Notes: generated by a model not told the origin, from the letters alone. A DNA stretch of 34,575 bases from Candidatus Nomurabacteria bacterium RIFCSPLOWO2_12_FULL_44_11 (GCA_001787125.1 MFVU01000015.1:19992-54566); one strand, 5' to 3'. Shown: positions 17,252 through 26,413, counted from the stretch's first letter. Made by a program: numbers and translations.

Positions 17252-17722
17252 TCACCATGCGAAATGCGCAAAGGCCTTGTTGGCTTCGGCCATTTTGTGA
17301 GTGTCTTCTTTCTTCTTTACGGCCACGCCTTCGTTTTTTGAGGCAGCGATGAGTTCATCGGCGAGTTTCAAATGCATGGGTTTGCCTTTACCGCCGCGGG
17401 CGGCATCGCGAATCCAGCGCACCGCGAGCGCGAAGCGCCGCTCCGGCCGGACTTCGCGAGGCACCTGATAGTTGGCACCACCAATCCGCTTGGAGCGGAC
17501 TTCCGTCATCGGACCGGCGTTCCGAATAGCCGCATCGAAAATTTCCAAGGGGTTAGGATTACCAGTTTTTTCCTTGATTGTATCAAAGGCGCTGTAAACC
17601 ACCTTGCGGGCAGTTTCTTTTTTCCCGGACCATATAATGCAATTGATAAACTTCTCCAATTTTTGAGAATTGTAGATAAAATCCGGACTAACTTCTTTTC
17701 TTGCTTTTATTTTGCGTCTCAT
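17252..17722 (-). CDS. rpsG: 30S ribosomal protein S7
   Basis: EVRSKRIGGANYQVP...HKMAEANKAFAHF. Confidence 0.99.
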   Translation of the reverse strand: MRRKIKARKEVSPDFIYNSQKLEKFINCIIWSGKKETARKVVYSAFDTIKEKTGNPNPLEIFDAAIRNAGPMTEVRSKRIGGANYQVPREVRPERRFALAVRWIRDAARGGKGKPMHLKLADELIAASKNEGVAVKKKEDTHKMAEANKAFAHFAW

Positions 17723-17726
17723 TTTT

Positions 17727-17749
17727 TGTTATGTGTTACGTGTTATGTG
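17727..17749. repeat. Tandem heptamer repeat
   Basis: TGTT ATGTGTT ACGTGTT ATGTG. Confidence 0.65.
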
Positions 17750-17751
17750 AA

Positions 17752-18177
17752 TTATTTGGCTTTAGCTTCCTTTGGTCTCTTGTTTCCGTATAAAGATCGG
17801 CCCTGGCGTCTCTTCTCTACCCCTTGAGTATCAAGCACTCCGCGCACGATATGATATCGGACTCCGATTAAGTCCTTCACGCGACCGCCGCGAAGCAGGA
17901 CCACCGAGTGCTCTTGCAGATTGTGGCCCTCGCCAGGAATATAAGCGGTAACTTCCATACCGTTGGTAAGGCGCACGCGAGCGATTTTACGAAGAGCGGA
18001 GTTCGGCTTCTTCGGGGTAGTAGTGGAAACCTTGGTGCAGACACCGCGCTTGAAGGGCGAGAAGAAAGAGACCGGCCGGTTTTTGAGCACGTTGAATCCG
18101 CGCGTCAAAGCCACCGTTTTATCTTTCGGCTGGGGCTTGGTTCTATTTTTTCTGATTAGTTGATTGATTGTCGGCAT
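17752..18177 (-). CDS. rpsL: 30S ribosomal protein S12
   Basis: [37 protein letters not shown]. Confidence 0.99.
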   Translation of the reverse strand: MPTINQLIRKNRTKPQPKDKTVALTRGFNVLKNRPVSFFSPFKRGVCTKVSTTTPKKPNSALRKIARVRLTNGMEVTAYIPGEGHNLQEHSVVLLRGGRVKDLIGVRYHIVRGVLDTQGVEKRRQGRSLYGNKRPKEAKAK

Positions 18178-18215
18178 GATTAATTTTTAAGGAATGAAAT
18201 GACTAAAAAAATATC

Positions 18216-18273
18216 ACCATGTGAAATAACAATCCTAAGGATTGTTCCTTGCTTTGCAAGGATTTCACGGGGT
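18216..18273. repeat. Y-shaped palindromic element upstream of rpsL
   Basis: Outer ACCATGTGAAAT/ATTTCACGGGGT; inner AACAATCCT-A-AGGATTGTT and TCCTTGC-TTT-GCAAGGA. Confidence 0.7.
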
Positions 18274-18326
18274 AAAGAAAACCATAGTCACTAGTTCCTT
18301 GGTTTTCTAATATACTATTTTGTTAC

Positions 18327-18947
18327 CTAAATTGCAAGACCGGTAATTAGCTTGAAAAGATAAGCCATTGTTGGAAAAAGGTAGTTGGAAAAATAGACGA
18401 TGAAAAGAATGAGTAGGATAAAAGAAAACTGTTCCAGAACTATCACGACTTCATAGAAGGATCTTGGCAGAAAAGAAAAGAGGATTTTGGAACCGTCCAG
18501 GGGTGGAATGGGTATAAGGTTGAAGATCGCCAATACTAAATTTGTTATAACAATCATGAAGGTTATTGAATAAAATGCATCAGGCAAAGAGAAACTTGAG
18601 GAGAAGCGAATTACCAGACCAAAAAAGATTGCAATGAAAAAATTAGCGAGCACGCCGGCCGCGGCAACGGCTATGGTTCCCCACTTGCGATTGCTTAGAT
18701 TATCCGGATTGTAGGGCACCGGCTTCGCCCAGCCGAAGAGGAAGGGAGAGTGGGTAAGAACCAAAAGTGCCGGTAACAAAATAGAGCCGAACATGTCTAA
18801 ATGTTTGAGCGGGTTTAAAGTAAGTCGTCCGGCGAAACGAGCGGTTTTATCACCAAAACGCTCGGCCATGAAGCCGTGCGAGACCTCGTGAATAACTACG
18901 GACATTATCAATATAGTTATATAAAAAATTACATCAATTCCTTGCAT
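18327..18947 (-). CDS. Site-2 protease (M50 family) zinc metalloprotease
   Basis: HEVSH, GRLTLNPLKHLD, FNLIPIPPLDG. Confidence 0.93.
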   Translation of the reverse strand: MQGIDVIFYITILIMSVVIHEVSHGFMAERFGDKTARFAGRLTLNPLKHLDMFGSILLPALLVLTHSPFLFGWAKPVPYNPDNLSNRKWGTIAVAAAGVLANFFIAIFFGLVIRFSSSFSLPDAFYSITFMIVITNLVLAIFNLIPIPPLDGSKILFSFLPRSFYEVVIVLEQFSFILLILFIVYFSNYLFPTMAYLFKLITGLAI

Positions 18948-18979
18948 ATTCAATATTTTAATGATAGCATAGAAAAACT

Positions 18980-19231
18980 ATGGCGAAAATATGCGACATA
19001 ACAAAGATGGGTTCACTTGTCGGAGGCGGATACTCCAACCGCACTCGTGCGACCCAGTTCAACCCCACCGGAGCAAAACGCAAATACCCGAATCTTCAAA
19101 AGAAGAAGGTTTTTATCCCGGAATTAAATAAGTCAATAAACATAGAGGTTTCCGCCCGCGGCCTGCGCACTATGAAAAAGCGCGGCGCCTACATCACCCT
19201 GCTCAAAGCAGGACTCATTGAGGCAAAATAA
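18980..19231 (+). CDS. rpmB: 50S ribosomal protein L28
   Basis: MAKICDIT...KRKYPNLQ...VSARGLRTM. Confidence 0.9.
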   Translation: MAKICDITKMGSLVGGGYSNRTRATQFNPTGAKRKYPNLQKKKVFIPELNKSINIEVSARGLRTMKKRGAYITLLKAGLIEAK

Positions 19232-19233
19232 AT

Positions 19234-19288
19234 AAAAAAAAATCCTCGCGGAAGGGTCCAGCTTGCTGGAGGAAGCGGGATTTTTTTA
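19234..19288. terminator. Bidirectional terminator-like structure between convergent rpmB and helicase genes
   Basis: A-run-ATCCTCGC...GCGGGAT-T-run with inner TCCAGC-TT-GCTGGA. Confidence 0.55.
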
Positions 19289-19301
19289 TTTCTTTATGGG
19301 A

Positions 19302-20531
19302 CTACGCCGGGATAAAAGTTAGGGCTGTCCCCTTTTTGCCAGAGCGACCGGTGCGGCCGATGCGGTGCACATAGGTATCGTAGGTTTGCGGCACATCGTA
19401 GTTGATGACGTGGGTTACGTCCGGAATATCGAGCCCGCGAGCGGCGACGTCGGTAGCAATTAAGATATTTATTTTGTCGTGTTTGAATGAATCAAGTATA
19501 CGAATTCTTTCTCTACTTCTTTTATCTCCATGGATCCCGCTAACCTTAAACCCTGCTTGCGCAAGCTCTTTAGTTAAGGAATCCACGCTGTGCTTCATCT
19601 CGCGGAAAATTAATACTTTATCGGATCCATCTTTTAATAGAACTTCATTAAGTTTCACCAGTTTTTCTTCTTTGCTTCGCACGCGAATTATATCTTGATC
19701 AATATTGTTTAGTGTCTCACCGGAAATTACAGAAATGAAAATCGGGTCTTTTAAATATTGAGTAGTTAGCTTTTTGATGTCGGGCGAGAGCGTTGCGGAA
19801 AAACAAAGTGTCTGTCTTTCCTTTGGAGTTTTGCCTATGATATATATCATGTCATCCCGGAAACCCATATCGAGCATGCGATCGGCTTCATCCAGCACAA
19901 CAGAGTAGCAAGTCGAAAGGTCTAAAATTTTTTTATCCATCAGATCGCGCAAGCGCCCCGGCGTGCCGATAATGAACGAGACACCTAAATTAATTTCCCT
20001 AATTTGTTTATTAATCGGAAGTCCGCCCACGCAGGCGACCGAAAACATGCCGAAGCCGAAAGCAAGTTTTTTAAAATCGGACTCTATCTGTAGTGCGAGC
20101 TCGCGGGTCGGCGCCATGATTAAAACTTTTTCTCTTTTATTCTGCCCCTTGGTCTTGGCAATTTTTTCTATGAGTGGTAAAAGAAATGCCGCCGTCTTGC
20201 CTGTCCCGGTGTTGGCCATGCCGAAAACATCTTTGCCCTTTAGTACCGTTGGAATAGCTTGATCTTGAATCGGCCGCGGGTGTAAATACCCCGCGCTGGT
20301 TATATTTTTATACAGTTGTGGGTTAAAAGGAAAATCAGCAAAAGTGTGTCTGGAAACATACGGTGCCTCTATAATATGTGTTCCCTTTTTAATAAAACGT
20401 GAAAAATCTATCCGCTCGCCTCTGCGTATCGGTTTTCGGAAGTTCCTATTTCTTTTTCCTACGAATCCTGGTGCAAAACGAGAATGAGAAGAATGAGAAC
20501 TTTTATTAGATTTTCTGTAAACGTAAGTGAT
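19302..20531 (-). CDS. DEAD-box RNA helicase (start uncertain, probably non-canonical)
   Basis: ANTGTGKT, PTRELA, TPGR, DEAD, SAT, TDVAARGLD, HRIGRTGR; frame stays open upstream through Q-motif GYLHPRPIQ. Confidence 0.9.
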   Translation of the reverse strand: MTYVYRKSNKSSHSSHSRFAPGFVGKRNRNFRKPIRRGERIDFSRFIKKGTHIIEAPYVSRHTFADFPFNPQLYKNITSAGYLHPRPIQDQAIPTVLKGKDVFGMANTGTGKTAAFLLPLIEKIAKTKGQNKREKVLIMAPTRELALQIESDFKKLAFGFGMFSVACVGGLPINKQIREINLGVSFIIGTPGRLRDLMDKKILDLSTCYSVVLDEADRMLDMGFRDDMIYIIGKTPKERQTLCFSATLSPDIKKLTTQYLKDPIFISVISGETLNNIDQDIIRVRSKEEKLVKLNEVLLKDGSDKVLIFREMKHSVDSLTKELAQAGFKVSGIHGDKRSRERIRILDSFKHDKINILIATDVAARGLDIPDVTHVINYDVPQTYDTYVHRIGRTGRSGKKGTALTFIPA

Positions 20532-20537
20532 GCTTTG

Positions 20538-20566
20538 AATATAGCATTTAATGCATCATTTGTCAA
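20538..20566 (-). promoter_or_regulatory. Near-consensus sigma70 promoter for the helicase
   Basis: TTGACA-17 nt-TATATT with TG extended -10. Confidence 0.75.
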
Positions 20567-20602
20567 TGATTCTTATTGGAAGAGAAAAGCTATAATGAAA
20601 AT

Positions 20603-21451
20603 ATGAGGATTTATCTCGACGCGCTTAAAAAAATAATGACGGAAGGAAACGACCGAGAGGGCCGATATGGCCCGACCCGAGCTATGTTTGCGGTTCCGTT
20701 GCGTTTTAAAATGAAAGATGGCTTCCCGGCGATGACGACCAAAAAACTTGCCTTCAGAAGCGTTGCTGCAGAATTGCTATGGTTTATTTCTGGCAGCGGA
20801 GACAATCGAGAACTAAATAGATTGGGTTGTCATATTTGGGATGCAAACAGTAGCGCCGATTACTGGAAGCCGAAAACAAAATTCGAGGGGGATCTAGGAA
20901 GAATTTACGGGGTTCAGTGGCGCCATTGGCGGAAGCCGGATGGGAGCGAAACAGATCAGTTAAAAGAAATTATTGAACGGATAAAGTCCAATCCTTATGA
21001 CCGGCGTCTGATAGTAAGCGCCTGGAACCCGGGAGAATTGAACCAGATGGCTCTACCTCCTTGTCACATGATTTTCCAGTTTTTTGTCTCAGGCGGAAAA
21101 CTTTCTATGCATATGTATCAAAGAAGCGCCGATATGTTCCTAGGGGTACCCTTCAATATCGCCTCTTACGCATTGCTACTACATATCGTCGCGAGATTGA
21201 CCAATTTGGAGCCCGATGAACTTGTGATGACTCTGGGGGATGCCCATGTGGTGCACAACCATTTTGATGCGGTTAAAGAACAGCTGACCAGAGAGCCGTT
21301 GCCCCTCTGCAAGCTCTGGTTGAGCCCGGACATAAAAAGTTTGGAAGACCTGAATACGGCCCAATTTAATGAACCCGACGATATATTTAAAATTATTAAA
21401 TTGGTGGATTATCAATCTCACCCGGCGATTAAAGCGCCCATGGGGATATGA
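20603..21451 (+). CDS. thyA: Thymidylate synthase
   Basis: ELLWF, DLGRIYGVQWR, RRLIVSAWNP, LPPCH, YQRSADMFLGVPFNIASY. Confidence 0.96.
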   Translation: MRIYLDALKKIMTEGNDREGRYGPTRAMFAVPLRFKMKDGFPAMTTKKLAFRSVAAELLWFISGSGDNRELNRLGCHIWDANSSADYWKPKTKFEGDLGRIYGVQWRHWRKPDGSETDQLKEIIERIKSNPYDRRLIVSAWNPGELNQMALPPCHMIFQFFVSGGKLSMHMYQRSADMFLGVPFNIASYALLLHIVARLTNLEPDELVMTLGDAHVVHNHFDAVKEQLTREPLPLCKLWLSPDIKSLEDLNTAQFNEPDDIFKIIKLVDYQSHPAIKAPMGI

Positions 21452-21942
21452 TTTCTCTTATCGCCGCCATCGGAAAAAACAACGAGATCGGAAAGAAAAA
21501 TTCCCTCCTTTGGAATTTGCCTGCAGATATGAAGCATTTTCGCGATACTACCCGCGGCCATACAGTAATTATGGGAGACAAAACTTTTGAATCCATCGGC
21601 AAACCCTTGCCGAATCGTAGGAACATTGTGGCAACTTTAGATAAAAACTACAAGGTACTCGGGGTAGAAATTTCCAACAATTTACAGAAAACGGTAGCAA
21701 AATTTAAAAAAAGTTCGGAAGAAGTTTTTGTAATCGGCGGCGCTCAAATTTATGCTCTAACTATTGCCGGCGCGGATCGACTCTACATTACGCACGTAGA
21801 GGCAAGTTTCCCGGAAGCGGATGCTTTTTTCCCTGAAATAAGTTCAGATATTTGGGAAGAGATTGAGCATAAAAAACATATAAAAGATTCTGAGAACCCA
21901 TACAATTACACATTTTCGGTTTATGAAAAATTGACAAAATAG
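21448..21942 (+). CDS. folA: Dihydrofolate reductase
   Basis: W.LPADMKHFR, VIMG.KTFESIGKPLPNRRN, IGGAQIY, DAFFP; ATGA overlap with thyA. Confidence 0.95.
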   Translation: MISLIAAIGKNNEIGKKNSLLWNLPADMKHFRDTTRGHTVIMGDKTFESIGKPLPNRRNIVATLDKNYKVLGVEISNNLQKTVAKFKKSSEEVFVIGGAQIYALTIAGADRLYITHVEASFPEADAFFPEISSDIWEEIEHKKHIKDSENPYNYTFSVYEKLTK

Positions 21943-21964
21943 CTGATTGTGCGAAACTGGCGAT

Positions 21965-22501
21965 ATGATTCTATCGGATAAAAAAATTCTGGAGGAAATG
22001 AAGAAAGGCAATATTGTGATCAGGCCCTTCAACCTTCAAAATATGGGTGGCAATTCTTACGATGTGCATTTGAGTAAATATTTTGCTCAATACGTTGATA
22101 AAACTTTGGACGCAAAAAAACACAATAAGGTAAAACATTTTGAAATCCAAGAAAAGGGTTTCGTGCTCAAGCCAGGTCAGCTCTATCTAGGCACCACGAC
22201 GGAATACACAGAGACACATAAATTTGTTCCTTTCCTGGAAGGCAAGTCCTCTACCGGCCGGCTCGGAATCGATATCCATGCAACGGCGGGTAAGGGTGAT
22301 GTCGGATTTTGCGGATACTGGACGATGGAAATATCTACCTCCAAGCCGGTTCGTGTTTATCCCGAAATGCCAATCGCTCAGCTTATATATTATGTCGTAG
22401 AAGGAAAAGTGGAACGCCCGTATAACAAAAAAGCAAGTGCTAAATACGGCAATAAAGAAAAATGGCCAAAGGAATCAATGATGTGGAAGAATTTTAAGTA
22501 G
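21965..22501 (+). CDS. dcd: dCTP deaminase
   Basis: MILSD, SYDV, LEGKSSTGRLG, TAGKGDVGF.G..TME. Confidence 0.93.
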   Translation: MILSDKKILEEMKKGNIVIRPFNLQNMGGNSYDVHLSKYFAQYVDKTLDAKKHNKVKHFEIQEKGFVLKPGQLYLGTTTEYTETHKFVPFLEGKSSTGRLGIDIHATAGKGDVGFCGYWTMEISTSKPVRVYPEMPIAQLIYYVVEGKVERPYNKKASAKYGNKEKWPKESMMWKNFK

Positions 22502-22504
22502 CTG

Positions 22505-23518
22505 CTAATCTTTCTTCCCGAGAGCTTTGAGAATTTTTAAATACATCGCCTCGACTATCTTCCGCTGTCTGGCTCCAGTGGTCACATAGTGATCTAGTCC
22601 AGGCGCTGCATTTATTTCAATAATATAATACTTGCATCTCTTCGGGTCCTTCGTTATATCCCCTTCCATCACCATAATATCTACTCCGGAAATGCGAAGT
22701 CCCATTTCGCGAGTAAGATCGATGGCGATTTTCTTGAACCCAGGATGGATTGTTCTCGTAACATCAACACTATCCCCTCCGGTGGAAAGGTTGGCATTAT
22801 CCAGTAGATAAATTTTTTCTCCCTTGGCCAAAATGCTGCCGAGAATATAGCCCTCTCGGCGCAATTTCAATTTTATTCTTGAATCTATAAAATTTATTTT
22901 TGTGTCGCGTCCTTTCTTTATAAAATCTCCCTGTTTTTGCCTAAGCAGAGCGAGAATAGAGCGTCGCCCGTCACCGGTGACAGAGAGAGCGATGCGTTCA
23001 TAGGCAGAAATGATTTCTCCATCCAGCACCACAATTCGATAGTCGCGCCCGGGTAAATATTTTTCAATGAGAGCTACTTTATCCACTTTGAATATCTCAA
23101 GGAATGCTCGCCGCAACTCCCTAGCATCATAAACGAGGGAGACCTCGGCTCCCTGGCTTTGACTGTTCGGTTTGGCAATCACGGGGTAATTCAATCTTTT
23201 TGCGTATTGCAGTCCAGCGGGAATTTTGCGGTTGCTTTTTATGGTGTTCGCCCAGCTATCCTTAAAAAAGGTCCGCCCGGGAGCGACGGGGTAACCCTTT
23301 TTCTTCATAAAAAATTTTGCATAGTCCTTGTCTTTAGCAATATCGGAAGAAGCAATGTGATTGAGATCTAGCGAATACATTCGGAGCGATCGGACCACGC
23401 CATTTTTGTAAATTACCTGCGCAGCAATACCCCACTCGGGCTCGATTACTACCTTAGCGCCCACTTTGGGAGCAAGTTTTTTAATTAAGTTTGTCAAATA
23501 AGGGTGCATATACATCAT
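22505..23518 (-). CDS. ATP-grasp ligase (cyanophycin synthetase/GshAB-like ATP-grasp domain only)
   Basis: DKDYAK, YPVIAKP, IEKY..GRDYR, VTGDG, ANLSTGG, GVDI, EINAAPG; start may be 23509. Confidence 0.85.
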   Translation of the reverse strand: MMYMHPYLTNLIKKLAPKVGAKVVIEPEWGIAAQVIYKNGVVRSLRMYSLDLNHIASSDIAKDKDYAKFFMKKKGYPVAPGRTFFKDSWANTIKSNRKIPAGLQYAKRLNYPVIAKPNSQSQGAEVSLVYDARELRRAFLEIFKVDKVALIEKYLPGRDYRIVVLDGEIISAYERIALSVTGDGRRSILALLRQKQGDFIKKGRDTKINFIDSRIKLKLRREGYILGSILAKGEKIYLLDNANLSTGGDSVDVTRTIHPGFKKIAIDLTREMGLRISGVDIMVMEGDITKDPKRCKYYIIEINAAPGLDHYVTTGARQRKIVEAMYLKILKALGKKD

Positions 23519-24173
23519 TCTTGGGATTTATTGTTAATTCTCCTCGCTTCGTACCTCTGACAAAGTCAGCCGGGGCGTCTGTAATCACCGCAAGGGGCTG
23601 TCGTTCTCTCCCCTCACCCATACAAATAGCCGCTGCGGTCGCGAAACTATCCGCCACGTTAACTTTTGAATAAACGAATTTGCGACCGAAAATATCGGGT
23701 TGCCCGATATAACTCTTTACTCCTTGGAAGCCCGCATAGCCGAGGGCCATGCCAATAACGCCGTTTCGGAGCGGGAGTAAGCCCGAGTCCGAAATAATAA
23801 CTCCGAGATTTTTTATTTTTAATTTACGACAGAGAGTTTTATGCAGTTTTTGAGCTGTGCGAAAGCTGTCCTTGGGTAAAAGGATTAATTTTTTATCAGC
23901 ATTGGACTCATCAATGCCCGCGTCCGCCATAATGGTGTTATCTTTGATGGTAAGCCAAACATGTTTGCTCTTCCATGTAAAATCGCTTTCCTGTTTAATT
24001 AAATCTTCTTTTTTTCTTACGTCCAAAGAAGTTCGCCCCTCCGATAGAGCGACAATTTTGGAAGCTACAACCAAAATAGAACTTTCTGGGATCTTTTTTA
24101 TATATTTAAAAATAAAAGAATTTAAATCTTCATTTTCTCGAAATATCCTGGTTTTTATCGCTCTAATTTCCAT
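23481..24173 (-). CDS. CofE-like (F420-0:gamma-glutamyl ligase family) putative folate glutamate ligase
   Basis: SKIVALSEGR, AGIDESNA, LLPKD, GVIISDS..PLRNG..G.A.G..G, MGEG.E.QPLAVI. Confidence 0.85.
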   Translation of the reverse strand: MEIRAIKTRIFRENEDLNSFIFKYIKKIPESSILVVASKIVALSEGRTSLDVRKKEDLIKQESDFTWKSKHVWLTIKDNTIMADAGIDESNADKKLILLPKDSFRTAQKLHKTLCRKLKIKNLGVIISDSGLLPLRNGVIGMALGYAGFQGVKSYIGQPDIFGRKFVYSKVNVADSFATAAAICMGEGRERQPLAVITDAPADFVRGTKRGELTINPKNDVYAPLFDKLN

Positions 24174-24705
24174 ATTTATATTTTAACAAGAGAGTGCCGG
24201 ATTTGTTGAGTTTTTTCACCAATACCAGAGAAAATTTATATTTTTTGAACTTGCCTCCTTGAAACATCGGAACACCGGCGGTAAAAACATATGGCTCGAC
24301 AGTTACGTAAAACTCATCGAGCATGTTATGGCGCAGACAATAGTCATAAATTTGCGACCCGCCCAATATGGCTACGGTCTTATAATGTTTCTTGCGCAGG
24401 AAATTTTTCAAATTTGATGTCCTGGGGTTGAAAAAAACTGTTCGCGCTTCTGTTTTCGGCCGGTGGACTTTGGAAGTAATAACAATGGCATTCCGACGCC
24501 TTAAGCGACTTTCCGCTACTTTAAAGGTAGCATGGCCGACGATTACCGCATCGATTTTTTTAAGTGATTGTTGGAAAAAATTCCAGTCCTCTTTACTTGT
24601 CCAATCTGTACCCGAGTGATTATTTTGTGCTATTCGCCCGTCAATGCTAGTGGCAACATAAGCGACATAAAGAATTTTTTTATATGGATTTCTAACGGGA
24701 TTCAT
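24163..24705 (-). CDS. DHFR/RibD C-terminal family reductase
   Basis: VATSIDGRIA, DAVIVGHATF, ILGGSQIY, LDEFYVTVEP. Confidence 0.85.
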   Translation of the reverse strand: MNPVRNPYKKILYVAYVATSIDGRIAQNNHSGTDWTSKEDWNFFQQSLKKIDAVIVGHATFKVAESRLRRRNAIVITSKVHRPKTEARTVFFNPRTSNLKNFLRKKHYKTVAILGGSQIYDYCLRHNMLDEFYVTVEPYVFTAGVPMFQGGKFKKYKFSLVLVKKLNKSGTLLLKYKYGN

Positions 24706-25396
24706 TGCGAAGCACGCCAAAAAGATATTTTGACTCTATCATAAAACCAAGATTTAAGATACGCTTTTTTGCCAAAAGGGCCAGAAGATTGTTAACTAGA
24801 ACGAAAGATACACAGATTCCTAGAGCGAACAAGCTACGCTCTAAAGCCACCACGGGTATAAGCGATATCCAGATCGGCGCCGGTAAAGCGAAAACCCACA
24901 TCCATAAAGCTCCTCCGACCGCATGTGCGGTAAAAGTGGCACCAAGCGCTCGCGCCAAGAGGAACCTGTCGCGCAGATAGTAAGCAATTATCGGAATAAT
25001 CCAGAAAAGAGTAAAATACCAAACCTCCCGACCAATCGGATGCGCCACAAAAGCTATAATGGCGATTATTGGAATAACTAGATTAAATTTTCCTTTGCGG
25101 GTAAAATATAAAACCGCAAAAAGCATCGGCAAAAATCGGATAATCGTTCCAGCATCCTCTACTACCGCCCCGTGCACCACAAAATTCACAAACTGCATCA
25201 AAAATACCGCCACTACGCCAGGTAGTGTGCCAATAAAAGCGCCGGCCACCGGTGCGAAAGCGTCGTAAACCATAAACTTCGCTTTTGACCCCTCTAGTTG
25301 AGTAATCGGAATCTGCAACGCGATAAAACCCAAAACTGTAAAAATAATTATAAAAAGAACTTTTTTCTTGGTAAAATATTGTTTAATGTTTGACAT
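24692..25396 (-). CDS. Integral membrane protein, ECF S-component-like
   Basis: About 6-7 hydrophobic segments; IP...F...FAPVAGAFIG..PG resembles S-component helices 2-3. Confidence 0.55.
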   Translation of the reverse strand: MSNIKQYFTKKKVLFIIIFTVLGFIALQIPITQLEGSKAKFMVYDAFAPVAGAFIGTLPGVVAVFLMQFVNFVVHGAVVEDAGTIIRFLPMLFAVLYFTRKGKFNLVIPIIAIIAFVAHPIGREVWYFTLFWIIPIIAYYLRDRFLLARALGATFTAHAVGGALWMWVFALPAPIWISLIPVVALERSLFALGICVSFVLVNNLLALLAKKRILNLGFMIESKYLFGVLRNESR

Positions 25397-25423
25397 ATGA
25401 ATATCTTAACACAAATTTCGCTC

Positions 25424-25849
25424 CTATCCTTTGACATCTATCCCCATCGACCGGGCGGAGCCGGCAATAATAGCAATTGCCCCGTCGTCGTTTTTAGAAT
25501 TTAAATCCTGCATTTTCTTTTTGGCAATCTCCAGTGCCTGGGCCTTGGTGATCTTGCCGGCTTTGGCGGAATTCGGAGTGCCGGAACCCTTCTCTACCCC
25601 GGCCGCTTTCAAAATAAGACCGGTAACCGGCGGTGTCTTAATGACAAAATCATAACTACGGTCCTCGTAGACGGTAATAGATACCCCTACTCTATCTCCG
25701 GCCATTTTCTCTGTTGCCTTATTGAATTTGGTTACGAAGTCGCCGATATTTATTCCGGCTTGGCCAAGCGCTGGACCAAGAGGCGGCGCCGGGGTTGCCT
25801 TAGCTGCCTGAATTTGTAATTTTATTTTTTTGGTAATTTTTTTTGCCAT
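25424..25849 (-). CDS. rplK: 50S ribosomal protein L11
   Basis: [24 protein letters not shown]. Confidence 0.98.
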   Translation of the reverse strand: MAKKITKKIKLQIQAAKATPAPPLGPALGQAGINIGDFVTKFNKATEKMAGDRVGVSITVYEDRSYDFVIKTPPVTGLILKAAGVEKGSGTPNSAKAGKITKAQALEIAKKKMQDLNSKNDDGAIAIIAGSARSMGIDVKG

Positions 25850-25867
25850 GTGAATCTATAGATTATA

Positions 25868-26413
25868 TTAAATTTTCTTAACTTGCAAGAAATCCAACTC
25901 CACCGGGGTTTCTCGGCCGAACATAGAAACCAAAACTTTTACTTTTCCCCGTTCTTGATCAACAGAATTTACCTTGCCTTCCAGCTCCTTAAACGGACCA
26001 TCGGTAATGAGCACGCTCTCTCCTGTGCTCAAATCAATATTGTGCTTGGTAGTACTTGTATCCATTTTCTTGAAAAGATATTCGACTTCTTCTTTTTTAA
26101 GTGGAACTGGATTCACGCCCGCACCTACGAAACCGGTCACTCGGGGAGTATTGCGCACCACATACCAGGAATCATCCGTGACAATCATATCTACCAAAAC
26201 GTAGCCGGGGTAAATTTTCTCTTCCACCTCCACGCGCTTGCCCCCTTTTATTTTTATTTTCTTCTCGACTGGAATGATGACATTGAAAATTTTGTCATTC
26301 ATGCCTAATGAGTCGATACGCTGTTTGAGATTTCGCAGTACCACATTTTCATACCCGGCGTAGGTGTGAATGGCATACCAACTTCTAGTTCCTTGTGTTT
26401 CCTGTTTAGACAT
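25868..26413 (-). CDS. nusG: Transcription factor NusG
   Basis: WYAIHTYAGYE, YPGYVLV, VRNTPRVTGFVG, MFGRETPVEL. Confidence 0.98.
   Translation of the reverse strand: MSKQETQGTRSWYAIHTYAGYENVVLRNLKQRIDSLGMNDKIFNVIIPVEKKIKIKGGKRVEVEEKIYPGYVLVDMIVTDDSWYVVRNTPRVTGFVGAGVNPVPLKKEEVEYLFKKMDTSTTKHNIDLSTGESVLITDGPFKELEGKVNSVDQERGKVKVLVSMFGRETPVELDFLQVKKI

Noticed and set aside
17252-17254. TGA recoding (code 25) as in Gracilibacteria/Absconditabacteria
   Set aside because: TGA ends rpsG and thyA at their normal C-termini and conserved genes have no internal TGA.
22505-23518. True cyanophycin synthetase or glutathione synthetase GshAB
   Set aside because: Only 337 aa; lacks the Mur-ligase or GshA domain.
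23481-24173. F420 biosynthesis locus
   Set aside because: No cofC/cofD/fbiC nearby; context is folate-related.
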